DNA of 64,000 bases from a virus (lineage: Duplodnaviria > Caudoviricetes). The notes below the pieces were generated by a model that did not search any database, was not told the DNA's origin, and saw only the letters and a program-made list of their open reading frames with translations. The translations under genes were made by a program, and so were the position numbers. The stretch is taken from positions 5,253 through 69,252 of IMG/VR virus record IMGVR_UViG_3300050509_000415. The stretch is one strand, 5' to 3'. Position 1 is the stretch's first letter, and every line of letters starts with the position of its first letter. Of the stretch, positions 54,483 through 63,671 are shown in pieces.

Positions 54483-55712
54483 TTAGGCTGCCGACGGCAG
54501 GGTGATGTTGACGTTTGCGCCTGGGTCGGTGCAAACCATCTGGAGGTATCCACCCACACGGAGTTCGTCCGCGTCTGCGTTCGCCTCGCGGAGGGTCTCT
54601 TGACCGTCGCGGTTAAGCACCTTCGGCACGTCGCCGATCGACCAGATTTCCCAGGTGTCCTGGGTAAGCATCCAGGCCTTGTAACGGGGGCAACACGGGT
54701 CGCTCATGATCGAGAGCGTTCCGGCTGCGCCGTACAGGGACAGACCCTTAAAGCCGATTGCCGGCTTGTCGGTCGGGATTTGAATCTCGGACTTGCTGCC
54801 AACCTGGTTGATCAGGTTGGCCATGTCCAAGGGGTTAAGCACCACGAGGTCGGGGTCTTTTCCGAAGTCGTAGGCAAGCGCCGAAGCGGCCACCAAGATT
54901 TCTTGGATGGTTCCACCCGCCGAGGCGTCGTAACGGATACCCGCTAGACGGTCGGGGTCTGCGCTGCGGTCGACACCGAAGAACGAGTCACCACCGGTCG
55001 GAGCGGTGCTTGGGCACCATGCTTCAAAGCCCTTGATGACGTTTCCGAAGTCGCCGTCGCGGAACAGGTAGTCACTGTCCGCAATCGCCGGGATCAGGGT
55101 GTTCCACGCCGCCGAGGTGGTCAGCGTCTTGGCTACACGGTTGACGGCCGTGATCATCGCCTTGCCCGGGTTTACCGAGCCGCTGGTGCCGTCGGTCGAA
55201 GCCGACTGGATCCACATCCCGCGCTCGAAGCCCTGCATCGAGCTGTCCGAGGTAAGGGTTACGGTTACGGTACCGGTACCCGAGGCGCTTGAAAGCAAGC
55301 GGCCACGTGCGCCACCGCCGTTGCGGAAGAGCTGGAAGCCCACCGAACGGGAGATGTTATAAAGCGCGTCGTCCATCGCGACTTTGAAGCCGCTGGCAAC
55401 CGCATTCGGACGGCCCTGCGAAGCTTCCATGAACTCACCGTCGAGGGACGCCAAGGCGTATTCCTTCGTACGGGTGATGAACGGACGCTTAAACGAAGCC
55501 GCACCCTTGTTGGCCTGTGCGTTTGCGAAGACGCTGGAAGCGCCACCGCCGGTTGAATACTTCCACACGAGGAACTCACCCTCGGCTCGGAAGTCCTTCA
55601 TCTTCCCCAGCACGCCGTACGTGGGGACCTTCTTGTAGAGCATTTCCTCTAGGCCATTCGGATAAAGCCGCTTAAGCAGCTCGACGGCCGTGGACATACT
55701 GAAACTAGACAT
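54483..55712 (-). CDS. major capsid protein (HK97 fold)
   Basis: 409 aa after portal and scaffold. Has LLKRLY, LFRNGGG.RG, GDFG..IKGF..W, FFGVDRS.D..RLAG.R and C-terminal C.DPGAN..I. Confidence 0.88.
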   Translation of the reverse strand: MSSFSMSTAVELLKRLYPNGLEEMLYKKVPTYGVLGKMKDFRAEGEFLVWKYSTGGGASSVFANAQANKGAASFKRPFITRTKEYALASLDGEFMEASQGRPNAVASGFKVAMDDALYNISRSVGFQLFRNGGGARGRLLSSASGTGTVTVTLTSDSSMQGFERGMWIQSASTDGTSGSVNPGKAMITAVNRVAKTLTTSAAWNTLIPAIADSDYLFRDGDFGNVIKGFEAWCPSTAPTGGDSFFGVDRSADPDRLAGIRYDASAGGTIQEILVAASALAYDFGKDPDLVVLNPLDMANLINQVGSKSEIQIPTDKPAIGFKGLSLYGAAGTLSIMSDPCCPRYKAWMLTQDTWEIWSIGDVPKVLNRDGQETLREANADADELRVGGYLQMVCTDPGANVNITLPSAA

Positions 55713-55859
55713 TCCTGGACACGCCCTGTTTTGGGCCCTGGGCTAGGCACTAGGAGACGGTTTTCGCGCGTGGTTAAGGTCCGCTTGCGCGTTTGGCGGC
55801 TCCCGGAGTCCGGGGATTGCCTAAGTATTTAAGGTCCCTTAGGCGGACCGAGTGTCGTT

Positions 55860-57050
55860 TTAGAAGCCTTTCGACTTCAGGAAATCCCCAGCGTCGTTAA
55901 TCAGGTCCCGATCGCGGAGACGTTTGCCCGAGGTTCCTGGCCCCGTTTGGGCGGTAAGCGCATTGGTAATGGCTTTCGGCCCGCTCGAGCTTTTTTGAAG
56001 AGACTCGGGACTCTTACTCACCGGGGGTGCCGGCGGAGGGGCGGCAGTTGTCGCCTCAGGTGCAGATTTGGTCTTAGATAGGTGCGGCTGCAAGCGCTCG
56101 TACCTAGAGTTGAACTCTTGCTCGTGGAGAACGTCTAGATGTTCAAGGATTGCCTCGGGGTCGGGGTCATACCCAAGCCGGGCCTGTTCGTTGGCAACCT
56201 CTAGGTACTTCTCAACGATCTTCTCGGGCTTCTCGGCGGCGATGTATGGGAACTTGTCCGCTTTCTCGTTGACCAGGTTGAGGGCGGTCTGGGCTATCGT
56301 ATGAAGGATCGCGTTGTCCTCGTACTCGAGCTCCCGGCGTTCGCGCTCGGTAAGCTTTTCTTTGGCTTCGGAGGCTTCCTTGCGGGCGGCCTTAACCTCA
56401 TCCTCAAATGCCTTGAGCTTGTCTTCCGAAGCCTTGATAAGTTTCAAGATCTTAGGGTCAAGTTCGGCCGTATCGTCTTGGCCTTCGGTCTTCTGTTCCT
56501 GCTTATAACCGGCTTGCTGCCACAGGGCTGCCCGCAGGATGTCATTGGCCGACTTACCGCGGCGTTCGGCCGCAAGCTTGATCAGGGCCATCTCGTCGAG
56601 CTCGTCGAGCTTCTCCAGGGCGGCGATCTTCTCTTCCCGGGACATAAACTCGGCTTCTTTGAGGCCGATAATCTCGGTTACCTTACGTTCGGCTGCCTCT
56701 ACGGCCTTCATGCGCCGGGTTAGGGCGGCGTGTTGGTTGGCATAACCCTTCGCATCAAACTTGGGCTTGGCCGGCTTCTCGGGCTCGGGCTTGGCCGGTT
56801 CGGGTGCCTTTTCGGGCTCCGCCGTGGCTTCGGTCGTCCCTTCGGCCGGTTCCGTTCCCTCGGCTTCCTCTTCCGTCACCCGGGTGGCATCCGCTTCGGG
56901 TTCGTGTTGAAGGTCGGCGGCCACGGCACCCATAAGGCCCGTTTCGGTGGGCGGCTTACCCGATTCCACTGCATCGGACGGCGCCGGCGTGGGGGTGGGG
57001 TTGGAAAGGACGGTTGCGGCCGCGTTGATGAGGTCTGAACGTGCTGACAT
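55860..57050 (-). CDS. capsid scaffolding protein
   Basis: Acidic Pro/Glu-rich N-terminus, long coiled coil and a short basic C-terminal helix, between portal and MCP. Confidence 0.8.
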   Translation of the reverse strand: MSARSDLINAAATVLSNPTPTPAPSDAVESGKPPTETGLMGAVAADLQHEPEADATRVTEEEAEGTEPAEGTTEATAEPEKAPEPAKPEPEKPAKPKFDAKGYANQHAALTRRMKAVEAAERKVTEIIGLKEAEFMSREEKIAALEKLDELDEMALIKLAAERRGKSANDILRAALWQQAGYKQEQKTEGQDDTAELDPKILKLIKASEDKLKAFEDEVKAARKEASEAKEKLTERERRELEYEDNAILHTIAQTALNLVNEKADKFPYIAAEKPEKIVEKYLEVANEQARLGYDPDPEAILEHLDVLHEQEFNSRYERLQPHLSKTKSAPEATTAAPPPAPPVSKSPESLQKSSSGPKAITNALTAQTGPGTSGKRLRDRDLINDAGDFLKSKGF

Positions 57051-57064
57051 ATGGTTCTACTGGA

Positions 57065-59062
57065 TCAACCCAACCCGGTTGGATTGGGGGGTAGTGTTGG
57101 AGGACCTGCGGGGGCCACGGGGGGCGCCCCGGTGCCGGCTAGGACGTCGGTGGGAAGTGGTTGGGGTGGCATGCCCGGGAGTGCCTCGGGCGGCATTAGG
57201 GCGCCGCCTGGGGCCATTGCTTCGGGTCCAGGAGGGAGGGCCGGTGGTACCGCTTCCGGCGGGGGTAGCTGGCCCGTATTGGCCTCGGTCGTGCCGTATG
57301 GGTCCCGAATCATCTTTTCACACATCGCCGTCCATTCGGCGAGTAGCTCAAGGCGGTCGGACGGGGCATCTTCGTAAAGCTGCGCCTCGAGTAGGTTCTG
57401 CAGACCAAGCTTCATGGCGAGCTCAAGGTCCCAGAAGGGCTCGGGCTGTACCCATATACCCTCGCCGAGGATCTTCTTCTCGATGACCATTTCGAGTAGC
57501 TCGCGATGTGCCATCGACTTACGCTTGTGGCGCTTAAGGTCGGGCAGATCGAGCAGGTCGCGGATTTCTTCGGGATCCGTGATCGCGCCCAGGTCCCGCA
57601 GGTCGAAGATGTCTTCGATGCGACCCGACACCGTCGCCGAAAGCGAGGATGCGGGGACGATCTGGATACGGAACGAGTCGGACGGCATATTGGCGTCCTT
57701 CCACGAAATCCGATCGATTTTGCCGCGTCCGATGACGGTTACGGCCTGGTCGGCATATTCCTTGCCCAGCTCCTCTTGCTCTTCGATGAGCAGATGGGCA
57801 CAGTCGAGAACCAGTCGCTCGTAGCTACGGATGAGATCGACCAGGAGTTCGGACTCAAGGTCGGTGTAGGTACGAAGGGCGCGACCGGAATTAAGGCCGG
57901 CGGGCTTGATTGCCTGTGCGGTTAGCTGGGAGACGCCGCGGGCTTCAAACATGCCCTTCTTGACTGTCTCCGCATGGCGCCACAACTCTGCGGGAACTGC
58001 CTGGGGTGTGACGAGCTCGGGTTTGTTACCCGAATACTCGACGATGCGGCCGATCAGGTTCGAGATATGAGACTTAACTACCTTGGAACCGCGCTCAACC
58101 AACCAGAACGGCACCGACAGAAGTCGGATCATCTCTTGGCGGGATGCAATCGTGCGGTTGTGCTCGAGCTGCGCGCCGGCAAGGTCTTCGCCTATACCGA
58201 TACCCCAGAACCCCATCGGCCGGCGCTCGCCATGGATAAAGGCACATGGGAAATGATCACGCTTCCACTTCTCGCGGAAGATGACGCCACCCTGTACTGC
58301 CATCGTACGGTCGCCGTCATCGGAATTTTTGCTCGATGGGAGGTGGATCGCTTCGACGCAAAGAATGCGATTATTGTCCAGATCGTCATCCCATCGACCA
58401 AGTGCGTCGCCCCATTCCTTCTGGGCACTGGCCGGGTCGGCCTTGAGGATTATCTCTTCGGCATCTGGAAATGTTGCGGCGAGCACATCGCGGTCGACCA
58501 CACGGACGAAGTAAATCGAACGGGGCGTGCCATAACGAGCATCGCCATCGTCCACGAAAACTTCGTAGGCTGGAATTACTTCAAGCCAGGCGCCCTTTTC
58601 GGGGTCGCCATATGACCTTACAATCCCCGTGCCAAGGATAAGGGCCTGTAGGATCGCCATTGGGAAGATGTCCCAATCGGCCCGAATCTCAGCAAGCTTA
58701 CCATTTACCCAAATATCTAGGAGCTCGGCGCGATGCTTCTCCGTCCACGATGCACCATCCGTAAGAATTACTGGGCGCGGACGGTGCCGGCATACCTTGG
58801 AATGCAGGGTGCGGACGATCGCACGAATGACATTTTCGCCCTGGCGCGACTGGAGAATGTCTTCGCTTTCGTAGGTACCGTCGTTGCTGCGGTAGCCAAC
58901 GTACTTACAATCGGCGTATAGACGCAGCGAAAGGTCGTCCGAGCGTAGTCTCCACGATTGACGGTCTCGGATACGCTTGAGGGTGGACCACAGCGAATCC
59001 GCGGGATCTTCCTCAAGCCACCATTTAACCGAACTCTTATCCCAGCTTGCTTGGTCTCTCAT
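57065..59062 (-). CDS. portal protein
   Basis: 665 aa, NVIRAIV...SKV...RPRP, FWGIG.GE.L...Q...N, GRIVEY, QAIKPAGLNSG.AL and a Pro-rich tail. Confidence 0.88.
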   Translation of the reverse strand: MRDQASWDKSSVKWWLEEDPADSLWSTLKRIRDRQSWRLRSDDLSLRLYADCKYVGYRSNDGTYESEDILQSRQGENVIRAIVRTLHSKVCRHRPRPVILTDGASWTEKHRAELLDIWVNGKLAEIRADWDIFPMAILQALILGTGIVRSYGDPEKGAWLEVIPAYEVFVDDGDARYGTPRSIYFVRVVDRDVLAATFPDAEEIILKADPASAQKEWGDALGRWDDDLDNNRILCVEAIHLPSSKNSDDGDRTMAVQGGVIFREKWKRDHFPCAFIHGERRPMGFWGIGIGEDLAGAQLEHNRTIASRQEMIRLLSVPFWLVERGSKVVKSHISNLIGRIVEYSGNKPELVTPQAVPAELWRHAETVKKGMFEARGVSQLTAQAIKPAGLNSGRALRTYTDLESELLVDLIRSYERLVLDCAHLLIEEQEELGKEYADQAVTVIGRGKIDRISWKDANMPSDSFRIQIVPASSLSATVSGRIEDIFDLRDLGAITDPEEIRDLLDLPDLKRHKRKSMAHRELLEMVIEKKILGEGIWVQPEPFWDLELAMKLGLQNLLEAQLYEDAPSDRLELLAEWTAMCEKMIRDPYGTTEANTGQLPPPEAVPPALPPGPEAMAPGGALMPPEALPGMPPQPLPTDVLAGTGAPPVAPAGPPTLPPNPTGLG

Positions 59063-59295
59063 AGGTTAAGCAAGCGGCGATCTTCACCCGCTTTCTCGGC
59101 TTGGCGACGGCGGTCGGCATCGCGTTCGACTAGGTCGGTTTCTTCGACATCGGGCGCCAGCGGCACCAACCCCTCAAGGGTTACGCCAGATGGGCCTACA
59201 TGTACGCTTCCGACGCGGTATCGGTGCTTCTTAGCCACCTTAAGCAGCGCATCGATCTGCGAGACTTCTACGTCACTCACGCCTTCTTTCCCCAT
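59059..59295 (-). CDS. hypothetical protein
   Basis: 78 aa, ATGA overlap with the portal start. Confidence 0.55.
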   Translation of the reverse strand: MGKEGVSDVEVSQIDALLKVAKKHRYRVGSVHVGPSGVTLEGLVPLAPDVEETDLVERDADRRRQAEKAGEDRRLLNL

Positions 59296-59519
59296 TGAAT
59301 GTTCGCGTCTGCTACCCAGTAGGACTGTCCGTCCTCGCCGTGGATGTCGAAACCGCCGTTTGGATCCCTGCGGATTGCGACACAGCCGCCCATTCCGACC
59401 TTCACCGTGTGGGGTGGGTGGTCGTTGAGGTGGGTTTTTTCCTTTACCCGAAAGGCTCGGCAGGGCCGGGATAGCGTAAGTTCGACGAAATCCGTCTCAG
59501 GCACGTATTGCGACTGCAA
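59277..59519 (-). CDS. hypothetical protein
   Basis: 80 aa on the operon strand. Confidence 0.55.
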   Translation of the reverse strand: MQSQYVPETDFVELTLSRPCRAFRVKEKTHLNDHPPHTVKVGMGGCVAIRRDPNGGFDIHGEDGQSYWVADANIQWGKKA

Positions 59520-59619
59520 TCTTGTGGATTACAGCCAGAGCGGACTTTGGACCTATGGGACCATGCCGGCAAGCGTGGGTTCCCTAGACAAGCCCAAGCC
59601 GATGATTAAGCGTAATGGA

Positions 59620-60072
59620 ATGAAACTTGCTGTTTGCCTGATTTCGCTGGTTTTGGTCGCCTGCGGCGGCACATCGCGGATATCCACCCCAGAGGGGGGA
59701 TCCGGATATAGGGTCAAATGCAAAACGGACCGTGGCGCCTGCCTGGCCGAAGCCGGCGAGGTCTGCAACGGCCCCTACTACGTCATAAACGAGGACCAGC
59801 ACAGCGGCGGCATCTTCGGAGACCTATTACCCGGGCCGGTGACCTGGTGGTCCATTACGGTCGGTTGTGGGAGAGCACCCTACGGGTACACCGGCTCAAG
59901 CCGTTCTTACGCACCCCGAACCGAAAATCCATTTGAGACAATGGGCAATTCCCTACAAGAAGGCGCCCGAGCCGGGGCCGGCAAACGCTGTCACGAAGAC
60001 GGCGATTGCGAAACCGGATATATTTGTCATCGCGCATACGGCACTTACAAGGCCATATGCGTCCCCGGATAG
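59620..60072 (+). CDS. Cys-rich lipoprotein (opposite-strand insertion)
   Basis: Start revised to MKLAVCLISLVLVA-C (lipobox). CKTDRGAC...C and C-terminal CHEDGDCETGYIC...C. Upstream TAGACA-N15-TTAAG. Confidence 0.75.
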   Translation: MKLAVCLISLVLVACGGTSRISTPEGGSGYRVKCKTDRGACLAEAGEVCNGPYYVINEDQHSGGIFGDLLPGPVTWWSITVGCGRAPYGYTGSSRSYAPRTENPFETMGNSLQEGARAGAGKRCHEDGDCETGYICHRAYGTYKAICVPG

Positions 60073-60087
60073 AGGACGAGGCGGCGC

Positions 60088-60495
60088 TTACGCGGTTCTG
60101 GGCAACTTGTATGGAAATATCTTGACCGGGATGCCGGATCTAACTGCGCGGGTAAACATGTCCTGGGTGCCCTTCGAGGTGCCATCCCAAAAGGCCAAGC
60201 ATAGGTCGGCACCCGCGTCGGCCATCGCTTGATTACGGATTGGGCCGGCCTTACGACCGTGGGTCGCCCAATCGGCGGGATGGGGTTCCTCTTTGACGAC
60301 GGGAATGAGCCGGTTGTTTCGCCGCTCGGCGGTAATCTTCTTTACCCAATCGCTTGCGTGCTTATCCACGCCCGTTGGGCAGGCGCCGTGGACGATTATG
60401 AGCGCGTATGCGTAATTGAATGCAAGGCGTTCGAGCTCGAATACCACCGACGAAACGTCCGGCCAGTCACGACCTCCACAAACGATCACCCTCAT
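60088..60495 (-). CDS. DUF2493 / YspA-like SLOG-family protein
   Basis: MRVIVCGGRDW, IVHGAC.TGVD, AGPIRNQAM and LAFWDG.SKGT.DM. Confidence 0.9.
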   Translation of the reverse strand: MRVIVCGGRDWPDVSSVVFELERLAFNYAYALIIVHGACPTGVDKHASDWVKKITAERRNNRLIPVVKEEPHPADWATHGRKAGPIRNQAMADAGADLCLAFWDGTSKGTQDMFTRAVRSGIPVKIFPYKLPRTA

Positions 60496-60728
60496 CGGTC
60501 GTATCCGCGCATCTTCGGTAGCCCGTCGACCATCTCCCAGTCAACCGAACTGCGTTCAAAGCAGTCGAAGATCTCAACGTAATCATCGGTCCGTTGGGCC
60601 TGCCGTGCGGCGTCGAAGGCCTCTTCGAGCGTATCGGAATTGTTTACGATGTCGCTCAGACCACCGCCCGGATAGTATTGGCTGTAGGCGAAGACGATGT
60701 AGCGCTTGTAGGGTTCCTGGACGCTCAT
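60492..60728 (-). CDS. conserved small phage protein (FAY..YYP.GGL.D)
   Basis: Familiar phage motif, ATGA overlap. Confidence 0.7.
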   Translation of the reverse strand: MSVQEPYKRYIVFAYSQYYPGGGLSDIVNNSDTLEEAFDAARQAQRTDDYVEIFDCFERSSVDWEMVDGLPKMRGYDR

Positions 60729-61306
60729 TTATCCACCCGGGCGCAAAGTCGCTCGAGTTCGGGGAGAAGTTTACGGATCTCGCGGGCACAATCGCGCAGG
60801 CTTTCCCCGGGCGGGGCGACCGGAGCATTGGCATTATTACCGGTTACGGATCGATCTAGAAATTGAACCGCGCAGACCACATAACTAAGAGCTTTGTTTG
60901 CCCTGTCCAAAGGAATGTAATCGGAGTCGCGCGAGCCGGCGTACGGGTCTTGCTTGGGTAGTTCGACAGACGTAGCTACGATTTGACCGATGTATTTGTC
61001 CATCTTGGTCATCGTCTTGGCACGTTCGTAAGAACATTGCCGCACAATAACGTACCGGGCGTCGATGTTGCGATTGATTGATTCGATCAAACACCCCTTC
61101 GGAACCAGGCACATACTGGCCTCGCCAAGGTATAGAGCCAGCATGCCTCTGGCGGCAGATTCATCGACCAAGGGCCGGTCGTCGGCATCGGCCGGCGTGT
61201 AAACACGCACTGAATGGTAGTCTGGCGATTCAAACACCCATACATGATCGCCAAGTCGCCCATTTCGTGTCGGTACGGCCCTCAAATCGGCATGCCAATT
61301 GCTCAT
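60725..61306 (-). CDS. hypothetical protein
   Basis: 193 aa, coupled to the downstream gene. Confidence 0.55.
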   Translation of the reverse strand: MSNWHADLRAVPTRNGRLGDHVWVFESPDYHSVRVYTPADADDRPLVDESAARGMLALYLGEASMCLVPKGCLIESINRNIDARYVIVRQCSYERAKTMTKMDKYIGQIVATSVELPKQDPYAGSRDSDYIPLDRANKALSYVVCAVQFLDRSVTGNNANAPVAPPGESLRDCAREIRKLLPELERLCARVDK

Positions 61307-61309
61307 CCT

Positions 61310-62095
61310 TCAATCCTCCAACTCGTCGAAAATGTACTTAAACCGGTTTTGCTGTTCCGTCTTGAGCTTGGTAACGGCTTTAACCTGCGTCAGGGCCTCC
61401 GCTTCGCGCGTAAGGCGCCTAATCCGTCGTAGCTCCTTGTGCATCCACAGGATACAGGCCGGGTCGGTCATGGTGACGATGTCCAGCCGCCATCTAGAAT
61501 CGTGCTTTGGAACATTGTGGATTTGCCACCCGGTCCCGTTGTCCGTCCGACGGAACTCGACAAAATCGCCGGGCTTGATCACGTATGTAACCCCGAGCCG
61601 GGCAAAGCCGATGGTAACGGGCTTCTCGACCATGGCCAAGAACCCGAACTCCTTAAGCTTGGCCACCTTCTTGGCTTGCTTGCTGCGCTTTGCGGACTCT
61701 TTGGAGGTAAGCCGGGCGTCCCGCACCTTTGGCCCCGTTACCCCAACCGGCTCATAATTGGCGCAGTTGAAGCAGAGATTGGCGTCGGTGATATTAAGGT
61801 CGACGTAGACGTCGCAGATCCAAGGACCCGACTCGACGCGGTCGCGGCTACCGCAGATCTCGCAGACGCCCCGCTGCGGGGGCTTGGCACCCATTAGGTC
61901 GACGAGTTCGGCGTGGATACGGGGGACTTCGCCGGCTAAGACCCTAGAGGATGCGTATTCAATTCCTACCCCAACGAAGACCCACTCGCCCGGTAAGTAA
62001 CCGCTGTACCCGGGTCGCGAACTGCAGGGGAAGAATTCGTACTCCCTGCCCTGGTCGATGTGTAGATCAATCCAGGGGCCGTGACCCAAATTCAT
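61310..62095 (-). CDS. hypothetical protein with CxxC motifs
   Basis: Start tentatively revised to MNLGHG at 62095 to avoid overlap. Confidence 0.55.
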   Translation of the reverse strand: MNLGHGPWIDLHIDQGREYEFFPCSSRPGYSGYLPGEWVFVGVGIEYASSRVLAGEVPRIHAELVDLMGAKPPQRGVCEICGSRDRVESGPWICDVYVDLNITDANLCFNCANYEPVGVTGPKVRDARLTSKESAKRSKQAKKVAKLKEFGFLAMVEKPVTIGFARLGVTYVIKPGDFVEFRRTDNGTGWQIHNVPKHDSRWRLDIVTMTDPACILWMHKELRRIRRLTREAEALTQVKAVTKLKTEQQNRFKYIFDELED

Positions 62096-62147
62096 CTCGC
62101 GTTTGATCTTGCAGGCCCCCGGGGCCCGAAACCTTAACGGCGGAAGG

Positions 62148-62558
62148 TCACCCTTCGATTTCGACGTCGATTTCAACATCGGTGGACCCGTCGTTCTTTG
62201 CCACGGCCAGATCACGCTGGCGCATTGCTTCATCCCAGTTGGCCACCGCCGAGGCGTAGTGTAGCGCAGCGGTCTCAGCCCCGAAGGCTTCAATCTCGGC
62301 CGCCAGGGCGTCCATAAAGCCCTCCCATTCGTTTGTATCGCCGATGGCGGGCATACGGGCTACGTCGCGAAGGGCCCTATTATCGGCACGTAGGCGGTCT
62401 AGCTCGCGGCCCATCTCGAACACGGCGGCTTCCCACCCACGGATGAAGGCGGTCTTACGGCAGAAGCCTTCCGACGCCTCGGGTTTTAGGTACCACTCTT
62501 CGAAAGCGGCTTCCTGCTCTGGCGTACCCTTCGGGTCGTAGTCTTTGAGGCCGATCAT
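62148..62558 (-). CDS. hypothetical protein
   Basis: 136 aa, ATGA overlap upstream. Confidence 0.6.
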   Translation of the reverse strand: MIGLKDYDPKGTPEQEAAFEEWYLKPEASEGFCRKTAFIRGWEAAVFEMGRELDRLRADNRALRDVARMPAIGDTNEWEGFMDALAAEIEAFGAETAALHYASAVANWDEAMRQRDLAVAKNDGSTDVEIDVEIEG

Positions 62559-62776
62559 TTCTTGTATCTCCGATAGACGACTCCTGATTTGTCGCGGCTT
62601 GCAAAGCCGAGCTTTATCAGAGAATCATCACAGTACATTTGATACTGGTTGAAATCGTACTTCCAGGTCTCATCCCAAAGACTCTGTGCGAGATCGACAA
62701 CCCAGGATTCTTCACAATGCTTGGCGAGCTCGTCGAACATGAGCCCAAACAACGCCGCCGAGGTCCGATCGGCCAT
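62555..62776 (-). CDS. hypothetical protein
   Basis: 73 aa, TAATG coupling. Confidence 0.6.
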   Translation of the reverse strand: MADRTSAALFGLMFDELAKHCEESWVVDLAQSLWDETWKYDFNQYQMYCDDSLIKLGFASRDKSGVVYRRYKK

Positions 62777-63165
62777 TACGACTTCCTCGTCTTGGTCTTA
62801 CTGCGGGGACGCTTGGTTGGGAGCAGTGGATCTTGGGATGCAAGGTACTTACCGGCGTCCTGAATAAGCTCCTGGCGGGTTTTGACCACCGGAACGGGCG
62901 GATCGACGATCGAGATGCCGCCGAAATCAGGCTTGCGTGGCGGCGTTACCTTGTAACCGTTGGCGCGGAGGGCGGCGACGAACCATTCGGTCGGCATGGC
63001 CACCCTTTCGAGGACGAATGTATCCTCGAACTCGCTACTCGGGACCTCGTGGTCGATCCACACGCCCGCATCATCACTATAAAGTGCCACTCCGTTGGGT
63101 CCGACCGCGCGCACGGTGCCGTTTTCGTTCTCGACCAGCCAATCCCTGTATTGATAGCGTTTCAT
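62776..63165 (-). CDS. hypothetical protein
   Basis: 129 aa, AAAGGA RBS. Confidence 0.65.
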   Translation of the reverse strand: MKRYQYRDWLVENENGTVRAVGPNGVALYSDDAGVWIDHEVPSSEFEDTFVLERVAMPTEWFVAALRANGYKVTPPRKPDFGGISIVDPPVPVVKTRQELIQDAGKYLASQDPLLPTKRPRSKTKTRKS

Positions 63166-63275
63166 TTGTCCTTTCCGTTCAAATCTTCGTCACCCCAGCC
63201 AAAAACGAATAGGGCGGCAAGCAACCAGCCAAGCAATACCCAGAATAGGTCCACGCTGGAATCAACCGTGGTCAT
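63162..63275 (-). CDS. small membrane protein (37 aa)
   Basis: MTTVDSSVDLFWVLLGWLLAALFVFGWGDEDLNGKDK*, ATGA overlap. Confidence 0.5.
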   Translation of the reverse strand: MTTVDSSVDLFWVLLGWLLAALFVFGWGDEDLNGKDK

Positions 63276-63362
63276 GATAGTCGCGGTTGCACATGAACCA
63301 GACGGCCCACATGGCAAATACGATCAGGGCAATAGCCAGACCGACGTCGAACACGACCAGCC

Positions 63363-63671
63363 TCAGTGCATCTCGGCCGGATCTAAGTCCGGTTCCGGCT
63401 CGACACCGCGGTTTTGCTCGAGTGCAAACGCGGCAAGCGCGGCGTATGCGTTGATTATGCCGATCGCGGTGTTTAGGTCGCGGCGATGGAAGTAGCCGGC
63501 GAACTCAAGGGTGAGCACCGACCCCCAAACGAAGCCGAGGAAGACGTCGAGCAGGGTGGGGTTGTCTTTGACGACGATACTTGCCGTCGTGAAGACGAAC
63601 CCGAAGGCGAGAAAGCCGTACCAGAGGTAGGGGAGAGCGCGCCTGAGAGACTTTTTTAGCTTGTGCTTCAT
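63363..63671 (-). CDS. two-TM membrane protein
   Basis: Two hydrophobic helices, directly downstream of the PG-binding protein (holin candidate). Confidence 0.55.
   Translation of the reverse strand: MKHKLKKSLRRALPYLWYGFLAFGFVFTTASIVVKDNPTLLDVFLGFVWGSVLTLEFAGYFHRRDLNTAIGIINAYAALAAFALEQNRGVEPEPDLDPAEMH

Noticed and set aside
53500-54486. 328-aa plus-strand ORF and similar long antisense ORFs across the virion block
   Set aside because: High-GC antisense open frames opposite well-supported structural genes.
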